Virus record (IMG/VR): IMGVR_UViG_3300025162_000041
Span: 18,908 to 82,907 of that record
Strand: one strand, 5' to 3'
From: a virus
Length of the DNA: 64,000 nucleotides
Shown here piece after piece: positions 26,178 to 35,413 of this stretch. The notes below the pieces were generated by a model. It was given only the letters and a program-made list of their open reading frames with translations, ran no database searches and had not been told where the DNA came from. Each line of letters starts with the position of its first letter. The stretch's first letter is position 1. A program made the position numbers and the translations under genes.

Positions 26178-27908
26178 ATGGAAAACGTAAAAGAACTGTT
26201 GACAAATGCGTTGAATCCTCAAGCACGCTTGATGGCCGAAACCCGTGGACTTGTGTCCAAATGGGAAAAGACCGGGCTGCTCGAAGGACTTCGTAACGAC
26301 ATTGAAAAATCAAATATGTCGGTGTTGCTTGAAAACCAAGCAAAACAACTGATCGAAGAATCATCCGTGACCGGAACTCAGAGCAATTCTGAGCAATGGG
26401 CAGGTGTGGCACTTCCATTGGTGCGCCGTGTATTCGCCGAAATCGCTGCTAAAGAATTCGTATCCGTCCAACCTATGAACCTTCCCTCGGGACTGGTGTT
26501 CTATCTGGATTTCAAATACGGAACTAACTCCAGTGTATTTAATGCTCAGCCATCTAGCCAAGATTCACTCTTCGGTGGTGTTTCGGGAAGTGATGACCTC
26601 TATAGCTCATGGAAGCTTGGATCAACCAATGCTCCTGTCGGTGGTCTCTATGGCCCAGGTCGCTATGCCTATACCATCAATGATACTGCAAGTGTTGTCT
26701 CTATTGCGGTCGATACTGCGTCTATTGCAGATATTAACTTCGATACTGGAAATAGCAACGACCCCGTTGCTGCAAGTATCTCTAGTTCCCTTGCCGCTGG
26801 TAATCTTTACACATTGACTACTCGGGGATTGACTGTAACGGCTTCTGCGGGTGGTTCCTACCCCGACCTGAACGCTGTTCGTTCATTCATGCCTATTAGT
26901 GCTCAAATCATTACTTGGTTCCCTGGCTTTTCTAAGTTCAATGGTCCAGAAGCCGTGTTCGTAGTTAGTGCATCCAAGACTGCTGCACCGTATCTTTCGC
27001 TTATAGGTACCTCTTCTATTAACTATAGCTTGCAACCGAAAGACACTAGCCGTGGTGACTTCGAAGATCGCCTTGGTAAGTGGCAAGGCACTGATTCTCT
27101 CGGAACAAGCACAGGCTTGAATCGTGATATCGGTATCCCAGAGGTGAACCTTGAATTGCGCTCGGAGCCAATTGTGGCTAAGACCCGCAAACTCAAAGCA
27201 GTGTGGACTCCAGAACTGGCACAAGACCTTAATGCCTACCACTCGGTAGATGCTGAGGCCGAATTGACCGCTCTGTTGTCTGAGTATGTCTCAATGGAAA
27301 TTGACCTCGAAATCCTTGACATGCTTATTAATAACGCCCCAGCAATCAATAAAGAACGCTGGTCGGCACGTCTCAACCGTGAAATCATCAAGACGGGACT
27401 TAACCAGTACCAAATTGTTGATCAAGTAACGGCTGGCGCAGGTGGATATTACACCAAGGCAACTTGGTATCAAACCCTTGGTAACAAGGTCCAGAAAGTA
27501 TCCAATAAGATTCACCAGCTCACGCTGCGTGGTGGTGCAAACTTCATGGTCGTTGGACCAGACGTTGCGACAATCCTTGAATCTATCCCAGGATTCGTTG
27601 TCAATACCGATGGCGATAGCGCCAAGTTCGCAATGGGTGTGAGCCGAGTTGGTTCATTCGCAAGCCGCTTCCAAGTATATAAGAATCCTTATATGCAAGA
27701 GAACCTTATCCTTATGGGATTCCGTGGAAATAATTTCCTCGAAACTGGAGCTGTGTATAGTCCGTACATCCCACTCATCCAGACGCCTTTGGTATATGAT
27801 CCCGTCAATTTCACACCGAGACGCGGTGTTATGACCCGCTACGCCAAAAAAATCGTTAGACCCGAATTTTATGGTCTAATCTATGTTTCCGATACTAATC
27901 AGGTATAA
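26178..27908 (+). CDS. major capsid protein (T4 gp23-like)
   Basis: LPLVRRVF, SVQPMNLPSGLVFY, AKTRKLKAVWTPELAQDL, GAVYSPYIPL and FTPRRGVMTRY. Confidence 0.97.
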   Translation: MENVKELLTNALNPQARLMAETRGLVSKWEKTGLLEGLRNDIEKSNMSVLLENQAKQLIEESSVTGTQSNSEQWAGVALPLVRRVFAEIAAKEFVSVQPMNLPSGLVFYLDFKYGTNSSVFNAQPSSQDSLFGGVSGSDDLYSSWKLGSTNAPVGGLYGPGRYAYTINDTASVVSIAVDTASIADINFDTGNSNDPVAASISSSLAAGNLYTLTTRGLTVTASAGGSYPDLNAVRSFMPISAQIITWFPGFSKFNGPEAVFVVSASKTAAPYLSLIGTSSINYSLQPKDTSRGDFEDRLGKWQGTDSLGTSTGLNRDIGIPEVNLELRSEPIVAKTRKLKAVWTPELAQDLNAYHSVDAEAELTALLSEYVSMEIDLEILDMLINNAPAINKERWSARLNREIIKTGLNQYQIVDQVTAGAGGYYTKATWYQTLGNKVQKVSNKIHQLTLRGGANFMVVGPDVATILESIPGFVVNTDGDSAKFAMGVSRVGSFASRFQVYKNPYMQENLILMGFRGNNFLETGAVYSPYIPLIQTPLVYDPVNFTPRRGVMTRYAKKIVRPEFYGLIYVSDTNQV

Positions 27909-27925
27909 CTAAACCCCTGTAATAC

Positions 27926-27955
27926 AAGGCGTTAGAGCAATCTAACGCCTTTTTT
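27926..27955 (+). terminator. rho-independent terminator
   Basis: aaggcgttaga-gcaa-tctaacgcctt followed by a T run, after the capsid gene. Confidence 0.85.
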
Positions 27956-28126
27956 GTTTATGTGGGTATGCAAACAAAGACATGTGCCTTTTTAGCATAT
28001 CCGCTTCATTATATTTATAAATATATTTTTGAATTTCTAATTTATTGTTTTTTAATGTTTCGGATATGCAAAAAAGAAAGAAATATTTCCTTGACTCTTT
28101 TTGGTATATCTGGTATAGTTATTGGC

Positions 28127-30127
28127 ATGAATGATAAAAAAAGAATTGTAATCAACAAACCAAAAAATAAAATGTGTGATATATGTGGTAATGAATTTTC
28201 GTTATATTCATTTTCGGGGCATATAAAACACATTCACAAACTAACTTCCGATGAATATGCCGTAAAATATAGTGAATTTCGGCAACCAAAGAGAGAGAAA
28301 TCGACTCGTAATATTAAACAATTGACATGTCAATTATGTAATACGTTAACACCATCCGTTGGAATGTTTACTCATTTAAGAGATAGTCATAATATGATAG
28401 TAGATGATTATACCAAACAATTCGGAGAATATAGGCCATCTAAATTAAGGCAATTGGAATATGTTACTAGATTGGATACTATTAAAGAAGAGGACAAGGA
28501 GGTATGTGTTATATGTAATGCGGAATTTGCATCGGGTATTTTACTTGGTTATCATATAAAAAATATACATAACTTAACAAAAAGAGATTATATTTTTAAA
28601 CATGTTTTTAAAGAAACACGACCGCTATGTAAATGTGGATGCCAAAAAGAAGTAAAACTATTAAATTATTATCCATATAAAGTGGATTATATTAGTGGGC
28701 ATAATAAACCTACGCTCGGGTTTAAGTTTTCCGACGAATCAAAAATAAAAATGTCATTAAGTGCAATTGATAGGATTAATACACAAACATTTAAAAAGAC
28801 AGATACCAAGCCAGAGTTGGAATTCAAAGTAATATTAGACATATTGCAGATTAAATATGAGCATCCGTACACGGTTAATTTAGGAAAGCGGTATGCGTCG
28901 GTAGATTTTTATTTATCCGATTACGATATGTTAGTTGAGGTAGATGGAGAATATTGGCATCCGCAAGAATTGAAAGAATTAAATTTTCATATATTGCCAA
29001 ATGTTATATCAGATGGGGACAGACGAGGATTGCAAAATTTATATAGGATACGGGAATTTGACATTGATAAATTTAAGAATTATGCTACAACCAAGGAATT
29101 GGCAATTGAGTATTTAAAAAATTCAATTGGAATTTTTAACCCAGAATTAAAATATAAGCAAGTTATTATAAGCAAAGAATATTTTAAAATGTGTTTGGAT
29201 ACTAAGGGAGCAAAATATCTTAAATCTTATAATTGGCTATTGAAAAAATTTATTCGTACATTTGTGCCAGTGTTACCGTATCCAGATTTAGAGGAAAATT
29301 TATTGGGTGTGATGGATAAGTTATCGACGATGGATATTGGCAAGGCATACAATAAAGAAACGAGAGAATTTTCGAATAACATATCTACGGTGGGTCATAA
29401 TTATTTGAAGCATCATTTCAAATCGTATTGGAAGAGTAAGTTCAATGGAAACCCGAGTCCTGTAGAGGCATGGTTAGACGATAAAATAATGCAAGAAGTT
29501 ATAGATTATCGGGTTGGGTGTAATAACAGTGGTGAGATATTTGATTTTAGTTTGCATCAATTAATACGGGGATTGAGTGCTAGAAGGATAACGGTATCTT
29601 TCTTTAAGCCATTGTTGGCTGCTGCTATTTATAGACATTATTTGGGAAATAATTCTGTGCCCGTTGTATTGGACCCTTGTAGTGGCTTCGGAGGAAGATT
29701 GTTGGGGTTTAAGGGAATATATCCGATGGGAAAATATATTGGATGTGAGCCTAATATGGATACATATAATGAACTAATAAAATTGAAAGAAAATGGTAAA
29801 TGGGAGGATACAGTGGAGATATATAATTGTAAGTTTGAAGATTTCATTAATTATAACAATTATAAATTCGATTTAATATTTACGAGCATTCCGTATTATG
29901 ATATTGAGATATATAGTAACAACACAGAATATAAATCATTTGACGAGTGGCAGAATACATTCATTAAATCAATAGAACGATATAGCAAAAATAATTGTTA
30001 CATTAACGTTCCCGCAGAGCTATGCAATAGGTTAGGGTGGAAGGATATAGATTCATATATTAGTTCCAACAGGAGTCACTTTGATAAGAAGGTTGGTAAA
30101 AAACTAGATCCTATTATTAAATTATAA
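28127..30127 (+). CDS. C2H2 Zn fingers + NUMOD3-like + Vsr-like endonuclease + SAM-dependent DNA methyltransferase-like fusion
   Basis: Three CxxC..HxxxxH fingers, TKPEL..DFYL..VEVDGEYWH, motif I VLDPCSGFGGR and motif IV FTSIPYY; promoter TTGACT-17-TATAGT. Confidence 0.75.
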   Translation: MNDKKRIVINKPKNKMCDICGNEFSLYSFSGHIKHIHKLTSDEYAVKYSEFRQPKREKSTRNIKQLTCQLCNTLTPSVGMFTHLRDSHNMIVDDYTKQFGEYRPSKLRQLEYVTRLDTIKEEDKEVCVICNAEFASGILLGYHIKNIHNLTKRDYIFKHVFKETRPLCKCGCQKEVKLLNYYPYKVDYISGHNKPTLGFKFSDESKIKMSLSAIDRINTQTFKKTDTKPELEFKVILDILQIKYEHPYTVNLGKRYASVDFYLSDYDMLVEVDGEYWHPQELKELNFHILPNVISDGDRRGLQNLYRIREFDIDKFKNYATTKELAIEYLKNSIGIFNPELKYKQVIISKEYFKMCLDTKGAKYLKSYNWLLKKFIRTFVPVLPYPDLEENLLGVMDKLSTMDIGKAYNKETREFSNNISTVGHNYLKHHFKSYWKSKFNGNPSPVEAWLDDKIMQEVIDYRVGCNNSGEIFDFSLHQLIRGLSARRITVSFFKPLLAAAIYRHYLGNNSVPVVLDPCSGFGGRLLGFKGIYPMGKYIGCEPNMDTYNELIKLKENGKWEDTVEIYNCKFEDFINYNNYKFDLIFTSIPYYDIEIYSNNTEYKSFDEWQNTFIKSIERYSKNNCYINVPAELCNRLGWKDIDSYISSNRSHFDKKVGKKLDPIIKL

Positions 30128-30171
30128 TTGCCAATGACATTACTATTTATACATGAAGGAGAAAAATTTAT

Positions 30172-30957
30172 ATGATTGAGCGAAAACTAGGATGGAAGAA
30201 GCAGAAGCCTGACAATCGGGATTTAACGATTCAGAATTTAAAAATGGCGAGTGTATTGCCGACAGTATTACCGCCTGCGGTAAATCTTCGTAAGTGGTGT
30301 TCACCTGTGGAGGATCAAAACGATTTGGGGTCATGCACTGCGAATGCATGGTCAGGGATTCTTGAATTTAATCAGAACAAGTATCCAATTAGTGGGAGTA
30401 GGTATTTTGATTTGAGTCGTTTGTTTATTTACTATAATGAGAGGGTTCTTGAGGATACTGTGAATGAGGATTCTGGGGCAGAGCTTAGGGATGGGGCGAG
30501 GGCAATAAACATATATGGGGTATGTCCTGAGTATAAATGGCCTTATATTACCAGTAAGTTTGCGGTTGAGCCGAGTTCAGATTGTTATGCGGCGGCATTG
30601 CCGAATCACATTCACAATTATTATGCACTCAATACGTTTAATGATTTAAAGACTTCTTTAGCGGGTGGTCATCCATTTGTATTTGGGATTGCGGTTTACG
30701 ATAGTTTTTTAAGTGATGCCGTTGCTAATACTGGTATAGTTCCCATGCCAAATCAAAAGACTGAGCGAATTCGGGGTGGGCACGCAATTATGTGTGTGGG
30801 ATATAATGATTATGAAGGTCGATTTCTTATTCGCAATTCATGGGGTAAGGATTGGGGGCTTAAGGGTACTAATGCGGGATATTGTACGTTACCTTATGAT
30901 TATTTAGCTAACTCACATCTTGCCAGTGATTTTTGGACTTCGGTCAAAGAAACTTGA
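30172..30957 (+). CDS. papain-like (C1A) cysteine protease
   Basis: DQ..LGSCTANA, GGHAI and IRNSWG. Confidence 0.92.
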   Translation: MIERKLGWKKQKPDNRDLTIQNLKMASVLPTVLPPAVNLRKWCSPVEDQNDLGSCTANAWSGILEFNQNKYPISGSRYFDLSRLFIYYNERVLEDTVNEDSGAELRDGARAINIYGVCPEYKWPYITSKFAVEPSSDCYAAALPNHIHNYYALNTFNDLKTSLAGGHPFVFGIAVYDSFLSDAVANTGIVPMPNQKTERIRGGHAIMCVGYNDYEGRFLIRNSWGKDWGLKGTNAGYCTLPYDYLANSHLASDFWTSVKET

Positions 30958-30972
30958 TTTGACATAATATTT

Positions 30973-31000
30973 GACCCCGTTTTGGCGGGGTCTTTTTTTT
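30973..31000 (+). terminator. rho-independent terminator
   Basis: gaccccg-ttttgg-cggggtc followed by T8. Confidence 0.85.
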
Positions 31001-31041
31001 GCACTTGACTCATTGTTAAAAGCATGTTATAGTTATAAGAT

Positions 31042-31878
31042 ATGATTAAGGTTCAATGGTTAGTTGAAAATTTTACACACGAGTCCAGTTATATTGACCT
31101 TGTGAAAGCCATTAAAGAGGAAGGGTATCCTGTTCGTGAAATCACCAACGATTTTGCTTTTGCTGATATAGATGAGTATGATGGCGAGTTGCCCGTGATG
31201 TTTTGTGGTTCTATAAAAATGACTGAGTTAGTTCAGTTGAAGCTGAGGCATTGTTTTCCTGTATCTTATTGTAATCAAGAAAATTACTTATGTTCGAAGT
31301 ATATGACTCATTTCGGGAAATATCTTTTCAACGATAGGTATGCTATTTTATCTCTTAACGAACTCCAGCGAAACAAATGGCTTTACTATGGGATTTTTGG
31401 TAAAGAAGCCCTAATTTTTATAAGACCTGACAGTGGGCAGAAACCATTTCAGGCTCAACTATTGGATCTACTTGATTTTGATCGTTTTGTTATGTCCAAT
31501 CAGATTATAGGGCATGATTTAGTAGTTGTTAGCAGTCCTAAAAAAATATTATGGGAGGGTAGGTTTGTTGTTAGTCGGGGCAAAGAAATCATTGCACATT
31601 CCACGTATAGATTTCAGGATCAAATCACAAAAATACCATCTGTGCCAGAGGGAGCTATGGTATTATGTGAAGAGTTATTGGAGGTTGGATATTATCCCGA
31701 TTCTGTTTTTTGCATGGACCTTTGTCAAGATGCAGATAATAACTACTGGTTATTGGAAATCAATTCTTTTTCTTCCGCAGGTTTGTATGAGTGCAACAAG
31801 CATCAAGTCGTACAAAAAGTGTCCGAAATAGCTGCGGACGAATGGGACCGATGGCATAAAAACTTTACTCACGCATAG
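31042..31878 (+). CDS. ATP-grasp domain protein (R2K/DUF4343-like)
   Basis: FIRPD..K.F, EGRFVV, MDL and LLEINSFSSAGLY; promoter TTGACT-17-TATAGT. Confidence 0.75.
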   Translation: MIKVQWLVENFTHESSYIDLVKAIKEEGYPVREITNDFAFADIDEYDGELPVMFCGSIKMTELVQLKLRHCFPVSYCNQENYLCSKYMTHFGKYLFNDRYAILSLNELQRNKWLYYGIFGKEALIFIRPDSGQKPFQAQLLDLLDFDRFVMSNQIIGHDLVVVSSPKKILWEGRFVVSRGKEIIAHSTYRFQDQITKIPSVPEGAMVLCEELLEVGYYPDSVFCMDLCQDADNNYWLLEINSFSSAGLYECNKHQVVQKVSEIAADEWDRWHKNFTHA

Positions 31879-31906
31879 TCCTTGTAGGTCATATTTATAT
31901 TATGAT

Positions 31907-32257
31907 ATGATTAAATTGCAACATTTGTTGTCGGAGGCTGTCGGAGTTTTTCTGCTTACCAAGGATGATGTACAGGAAGTAATGCATAAGCTTACTATTC
32001 TTCTAAATGAACCCGATCTTCAAGCGGATTACGGGGTGACGAGAGAGCAGGTTGAGGTGTTACTTAAAAGTATTCCGTTAAATGGTGGGCAGTGGCAAGT
32101 CACCAACGAAATGCTTTCAACACTTAAGGGAGAAATGCAGGATCATATCGTAGTATTACGAGATATTGCGACAGATGCTTTCAATGCAAACAAACGAGAA
32201 GAGGCTTTGCGTATAAATAAACAAGCGGATCGGTTTGAACGAATATTCGGATTGTGA
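31907..32257 (+). CDS. hypothetical protein
   Basis: MIKLQHLLSE N-terminus; TATTTATA at 31892-31899. Confidence 0.7.
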   Translation: MIKLQHLLSEAVGVFLLTKDDVQEVMHKLTILLNEPDLQADYGVTREQVEVLLKSIPLNGGQWQVTNEMLSTLKGEMQDHIVVLRDIATDAFNANKREEALRINKQADRFERIFGL

Positions 32258-32258
32258 T

Positions 32259-32999
32259 ATGATTTCATTTTTAAAAATATTGCGTCGGTTATTAACAGAA
32301 CGAATGAGTTTTCATGATCTTATTCGTGGGAGTGAAAGTGGACGAAAACAACGTGCTCGTACTGATGTCCGTGTGCGTCCTATACGAGTTACTACGATAA
32401 ATGGCAATGAAGCATGGACATTTTCATACAAAAGTTATCCTAGCACAACCGGAATTAGATGGAAAGGCTACATCAATTTCTTTAAAAAAGATGTTTCATC
32501 TAAAGACAATGCCGAAGACCTTGATTGTATGGTGGATTGTCAGTGTCCCGATTATCGTTACCGTTGGGCGTATCCAAATTCGGGGGCTGGAGTGGGAACA
32601 ACAGGCCCAGAATCGTGGAATAAAAACAATGGTCAACCTCCAAGACCAAGGTCTCAGGGTGGATTAGGGGTATATCCACCAGGGGCATGTAAACATTTAA
32701 TTGCGTTGGGCAAATATCTTGAAACTCAGATTTCTTCTAACGCTCCCGATCCAGAAAATGAAGTGCCACCGTCTGGGCCTCAGACCGTTGATGCACCATA
32801 CCCATATAATGATACCTATACGGATGATCGCTCCGGTTCAGATACATTACAAGAAAGAAATCAAGATGTTCGGGAAATATATAGAAATTTCAAAGATAAA
32901 ATGTCCTCTACAAATAAATTGTCATTATATGAACGGATAGACAATTTTGTCAAATCACATCCTGAATTTGATGTAGAGTATTATGAGGATGAGGATTAG
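32259..32999 (+). CDS. SWIM-like Zn-finger protein
   Basis: CQCPD...CKH motif; N-terminus LRRLLTE. Confidence 0.65.
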   Translation: MISFLKILRRLLTERMSFHDLIRGSESGRKQRARTDVRVRPIRVTTINGNEAWTFSYKSYPSTTGIRWKGYINFFKKDVSSKDNAEDLDCMVDCQCPDYRYRWAYPNSGAGVGTTGPESWNKNNGQPPRPRSQGGLGVYPPGACKHLIALGKYLETQISSNAPDPENEVPPSGPQTVDAPYPYNDTYTDDRSGSDTLQERNQDVREIYRNFKDKMSSTNKLSLYERIDNFVKSHPEFDVEYYEDED

Positions 33000-33828
33000 G
33001 GAATTTATTGCTTTTTCGGATATTGTCATCTCTCCATAAAGGTTGATAATTTGTATAATGGCACGCTTTCAGAAATTGTTCTCGGTCTTCCAAATTGAAG
33101 ATGGATATGGGAATGATATGGTCTAAGTGCCAGTTGCCATAGTTATTCCATGACATTCCATCTTGAAATTTAGATGCGATGTAATTTTTGAACATATCAA
33201 GTGAACATCCCAAATCTTTAACTGCGGATCCTACTTTTTGATTCCTGCGAATAGCCTTTGTTAATCTGGTTCTTAAGTTTCCAGCTAATCTGAATTTAAT
33301 GTCTATCATTCGTCTCTTATTACAATAATTAGTATGATATTTTATTATATCTGTTTTGTTTAGAGTGTAGTATTGTTTGTTATAGTTATCTATTCGAAAT
33401 TTATTTTTGGTGCGATATTGTTTTCTTGGAACTTTATTATTATGATAATACTTTATTGCCAATGACTTTAAGTTTTCTTTATTCTTTCTATAATAATCCT
33501 TGTTATAGTTCGGATTCTTTAAATAATAATTTTGTCCAAATTCTTTGCGTTTATTGGGATTTTTTAAATAATAATTTTTTTGAATTTGCTTAATTTTGTC
33601 CGGATATTTTAAGCGGTATGTGTTGCTTTGTTTGTTATGTAGTAACCTTCGCCTTTCTTTTTCCCCAATATCGTTGCATAGACTTAGCATTGAGTCTGGC
33701 TTTGTGTCGTTGGTAATAACGCTTTGCACGAAGTCGTTGTTGTCCGAGCAATTCGTCTTGTGTTCGGTTAAGTCTTTTTCTTCCCATATAATTTCCTTTT
33801 CGTTTAAGGTTAACAAAGTGTTGTTCAT
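32950..33828 (-). CDS. HNH endonuclease (start uncertain)
   Basis: WHLDHIIP...CHYTNYQPLW..DN..KSNK, preceded by Lys/Tyr-rich helical repeats. Confidence 0.8.
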   Translation of the reverse strand: MNNTLLTLNEKEIIWEEKDLTEHKTNCSDNNDFVQSVITNDTKPDSMLSLCNDIGEKERRRLLHNKQSNTYRLKYPDKIKQIQKNYYLKNPNKRKEFGQNYYLKNPNYNKDYYRKNKENLKSLAIKYYHNNKVPRKQYRTKNKFRIDNYNKQYYTLNKTDIIKYHTNYCNKRRMIDIKFRLAGNLRTRLTKAIRRNQKVGSAVKDLGCSLDMFKNYIASKFQDGMSWNNYGNWHLDHIIPISIFNLEDREQFLKACHYTNYQPLWRDDNIRKSNKFPNPHPHNTLHQIQDVI

Positions 33829-33919
33829 GTGGTATAAATAGTACATCATAGAATAAAACGTCAGAAAAAAAAACGAAAATATTTTGGGAATGCCGTCTTG
33901 TCTTCATATTTATATGTGA

Positions 33920-34675
33920 ATGAAAATAATTAAACTACAATCTCTCATTAAAGAATCTCTTTCCGAAGCCCATCAACAGGGGCATTGGTGGATCGACAAT
34001 GGTGGTGATTTGCAACAATCAGGTGGTGAAAAAGAGATGAAGACTGAGAAATGGAAGCATATGAAGGCTTCTGCGGATAAGATTGAAATCACCACGTGGG
34101 AACTTACTGCTCAAGACCTTGGTATTATTCTTCAAGGAATCAAAAAAATCATGGGTGCTGAAGAAACTGAAAAAGATCCTGATGCCGACGTTGGAAAAGA
34201 TGGTTATACTGGTCCTCGGGTGGATATTATTCTCAAGAAGAAAGACAAATCTTTTAAGAATGTTCCACTTGGTATTTTGAAAACATGTTTACCTTCTCAT
34301 ATGAAGAACTATGAGAAGGGTAAAGACTCAGACCTTGCTGGACCAGTAACTGAGGAATTTCATCATTTACATAAGGATTATCGACTCTACGAGGGTGACG
34401 ATAGAATTACGGCTATTTTTGAGGATAATAGCAAGTTGGTTTTTGAGGTTCATTTCCATAATAACCACGGAGAAGATCGAGATAAATGGCGTCGTCAAGC
34501 GTTTTCCAAATGGAAATCTGCGGCCAATGAAATTTACAGAGATGTTCAACTAACCGAAGCAGGAAATCCAATACAACGAAGTTGGAAAGAATGCTTTCAA
34601 GAAGCTCTTAAGCATCCCAAGCTTAAGGATTATATTCGTCAGCCTCATCATCAACCTGTCTTCGAGAAGAATTAA
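33920..34675 (+). CDS. hypothetical protein
   Basis: IIKLQSLIKE N-terminus; TATTTATA at 33907-33914. Confidence 0.7.
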   Translation: MKIIKLQSLIKESLSEAHQQGHWWIDNGGDLQQSGGEKEMKTEKWKHMKASADKIEITTWELTAQDLGIILQGIKKIMGAEETEKDPDADVGKDGYTGPRVDIILKKKDKSFKNVPLGILKTCLPSHMKNYEKGKDSDLAGPVTEEFHHLHKDYRLYEGDDRITAIFEDNSKLVFEVHFHNNHGEDRDKWRRQAFSKWKSAANEIYRDVQLTEAGNPIQRSWKECFQEALKHPKLKDYIRQPHHQPVFEKN

Positions 34676-35358
34676 GTTACTCTTACTCGTTTGGCAATAA
34701 GATATGATCCCTGAAATACTGTAACCGTATCATTATTGTTTGAAACTGCGACTGCAATAGAAATAGTAGTTGTAGTAGATGGGTTAACGATACAAAGTTG
34801 TATTTGATCTGGTCCTGGTGTATTTATTTGAGTATGTACAAGTGTTGCCATCTTTGTATTTACAGCCGTTAATCTCTGGCGTGACGGAGTAGTAATAGCA
34901 TTTAATTCTGTCATGACCCATCCTTCAACATCTCCTATAGTACCAGCCGAAGATGATATTGCATAAACCATTCCACGATTGTTACTGCACTGAGTACTGA
35001 GATATGCTTCACATGTCCATGTCTCTCCTGCTTGCATGGTGAATGATAACGGTGTTGCTGTTACTGCAATTTGGTCACCTGTGTGGGTAAAATTCGATCC
35101 AGATATTGCGGCAACCACAAAATCATTCAGATAACTTGCTGTTGTAGCATATGAGGCGCTTTCTGCTATTGAGGAAGAAACTGCTGAATGGACGCTTCCC
35201 GTGCCAGCAATAAAGGAGGCGGTATCTACCATTGCCAAATTGCCAAAGGCATCGGACACTATGATACTATTCGGCTGGACGTGAAGGGGGGCTTCCTCAA
35301 ACGTCTGGTTCGCCGTTCGTCTTTCCAAGAAAATGTCTTTAGTACTATATTGGCTCAT
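34672..35358 (-). CDS. putative virion fibre/decoration protein
   Basis: N-terminus resembles that of 52603; SASYATTASY repeat; beta-rich C-terminus. Confidence 0.55.
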   Translation of the reverse strand: MSQYSTKDIFLERRTANQTFEEAPLHVQPNSIIVSDAFGNLAMVDTASFIAGTGSVHSAVSSSIAESASYATTASYLNDFVVAAISGSNFTHTGDQIAVTATPLSFTMQAGETWTCEAYLSTQCSNNRGMVYAISSSAGTIGDVEGWVMTELNAITTPSRQRLTAVNTKMATLVHTQINTPGPDQIQLCIVNPSTTTTISIAVAVSNNNDTVTVFQGSYLIAKRVRVT

Positions 35359-35413
35359 TTGATTATTTCCTATACACTGTTTCCAAAAAATTCCACATTA
35401 TAATGTAATTCCA

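Noticed and set aside
33655-33670. Programmed -1 frameshift at G GGA AAA
   Set aside because: A -1 shift leads to a short third frame, not the HNH frame.
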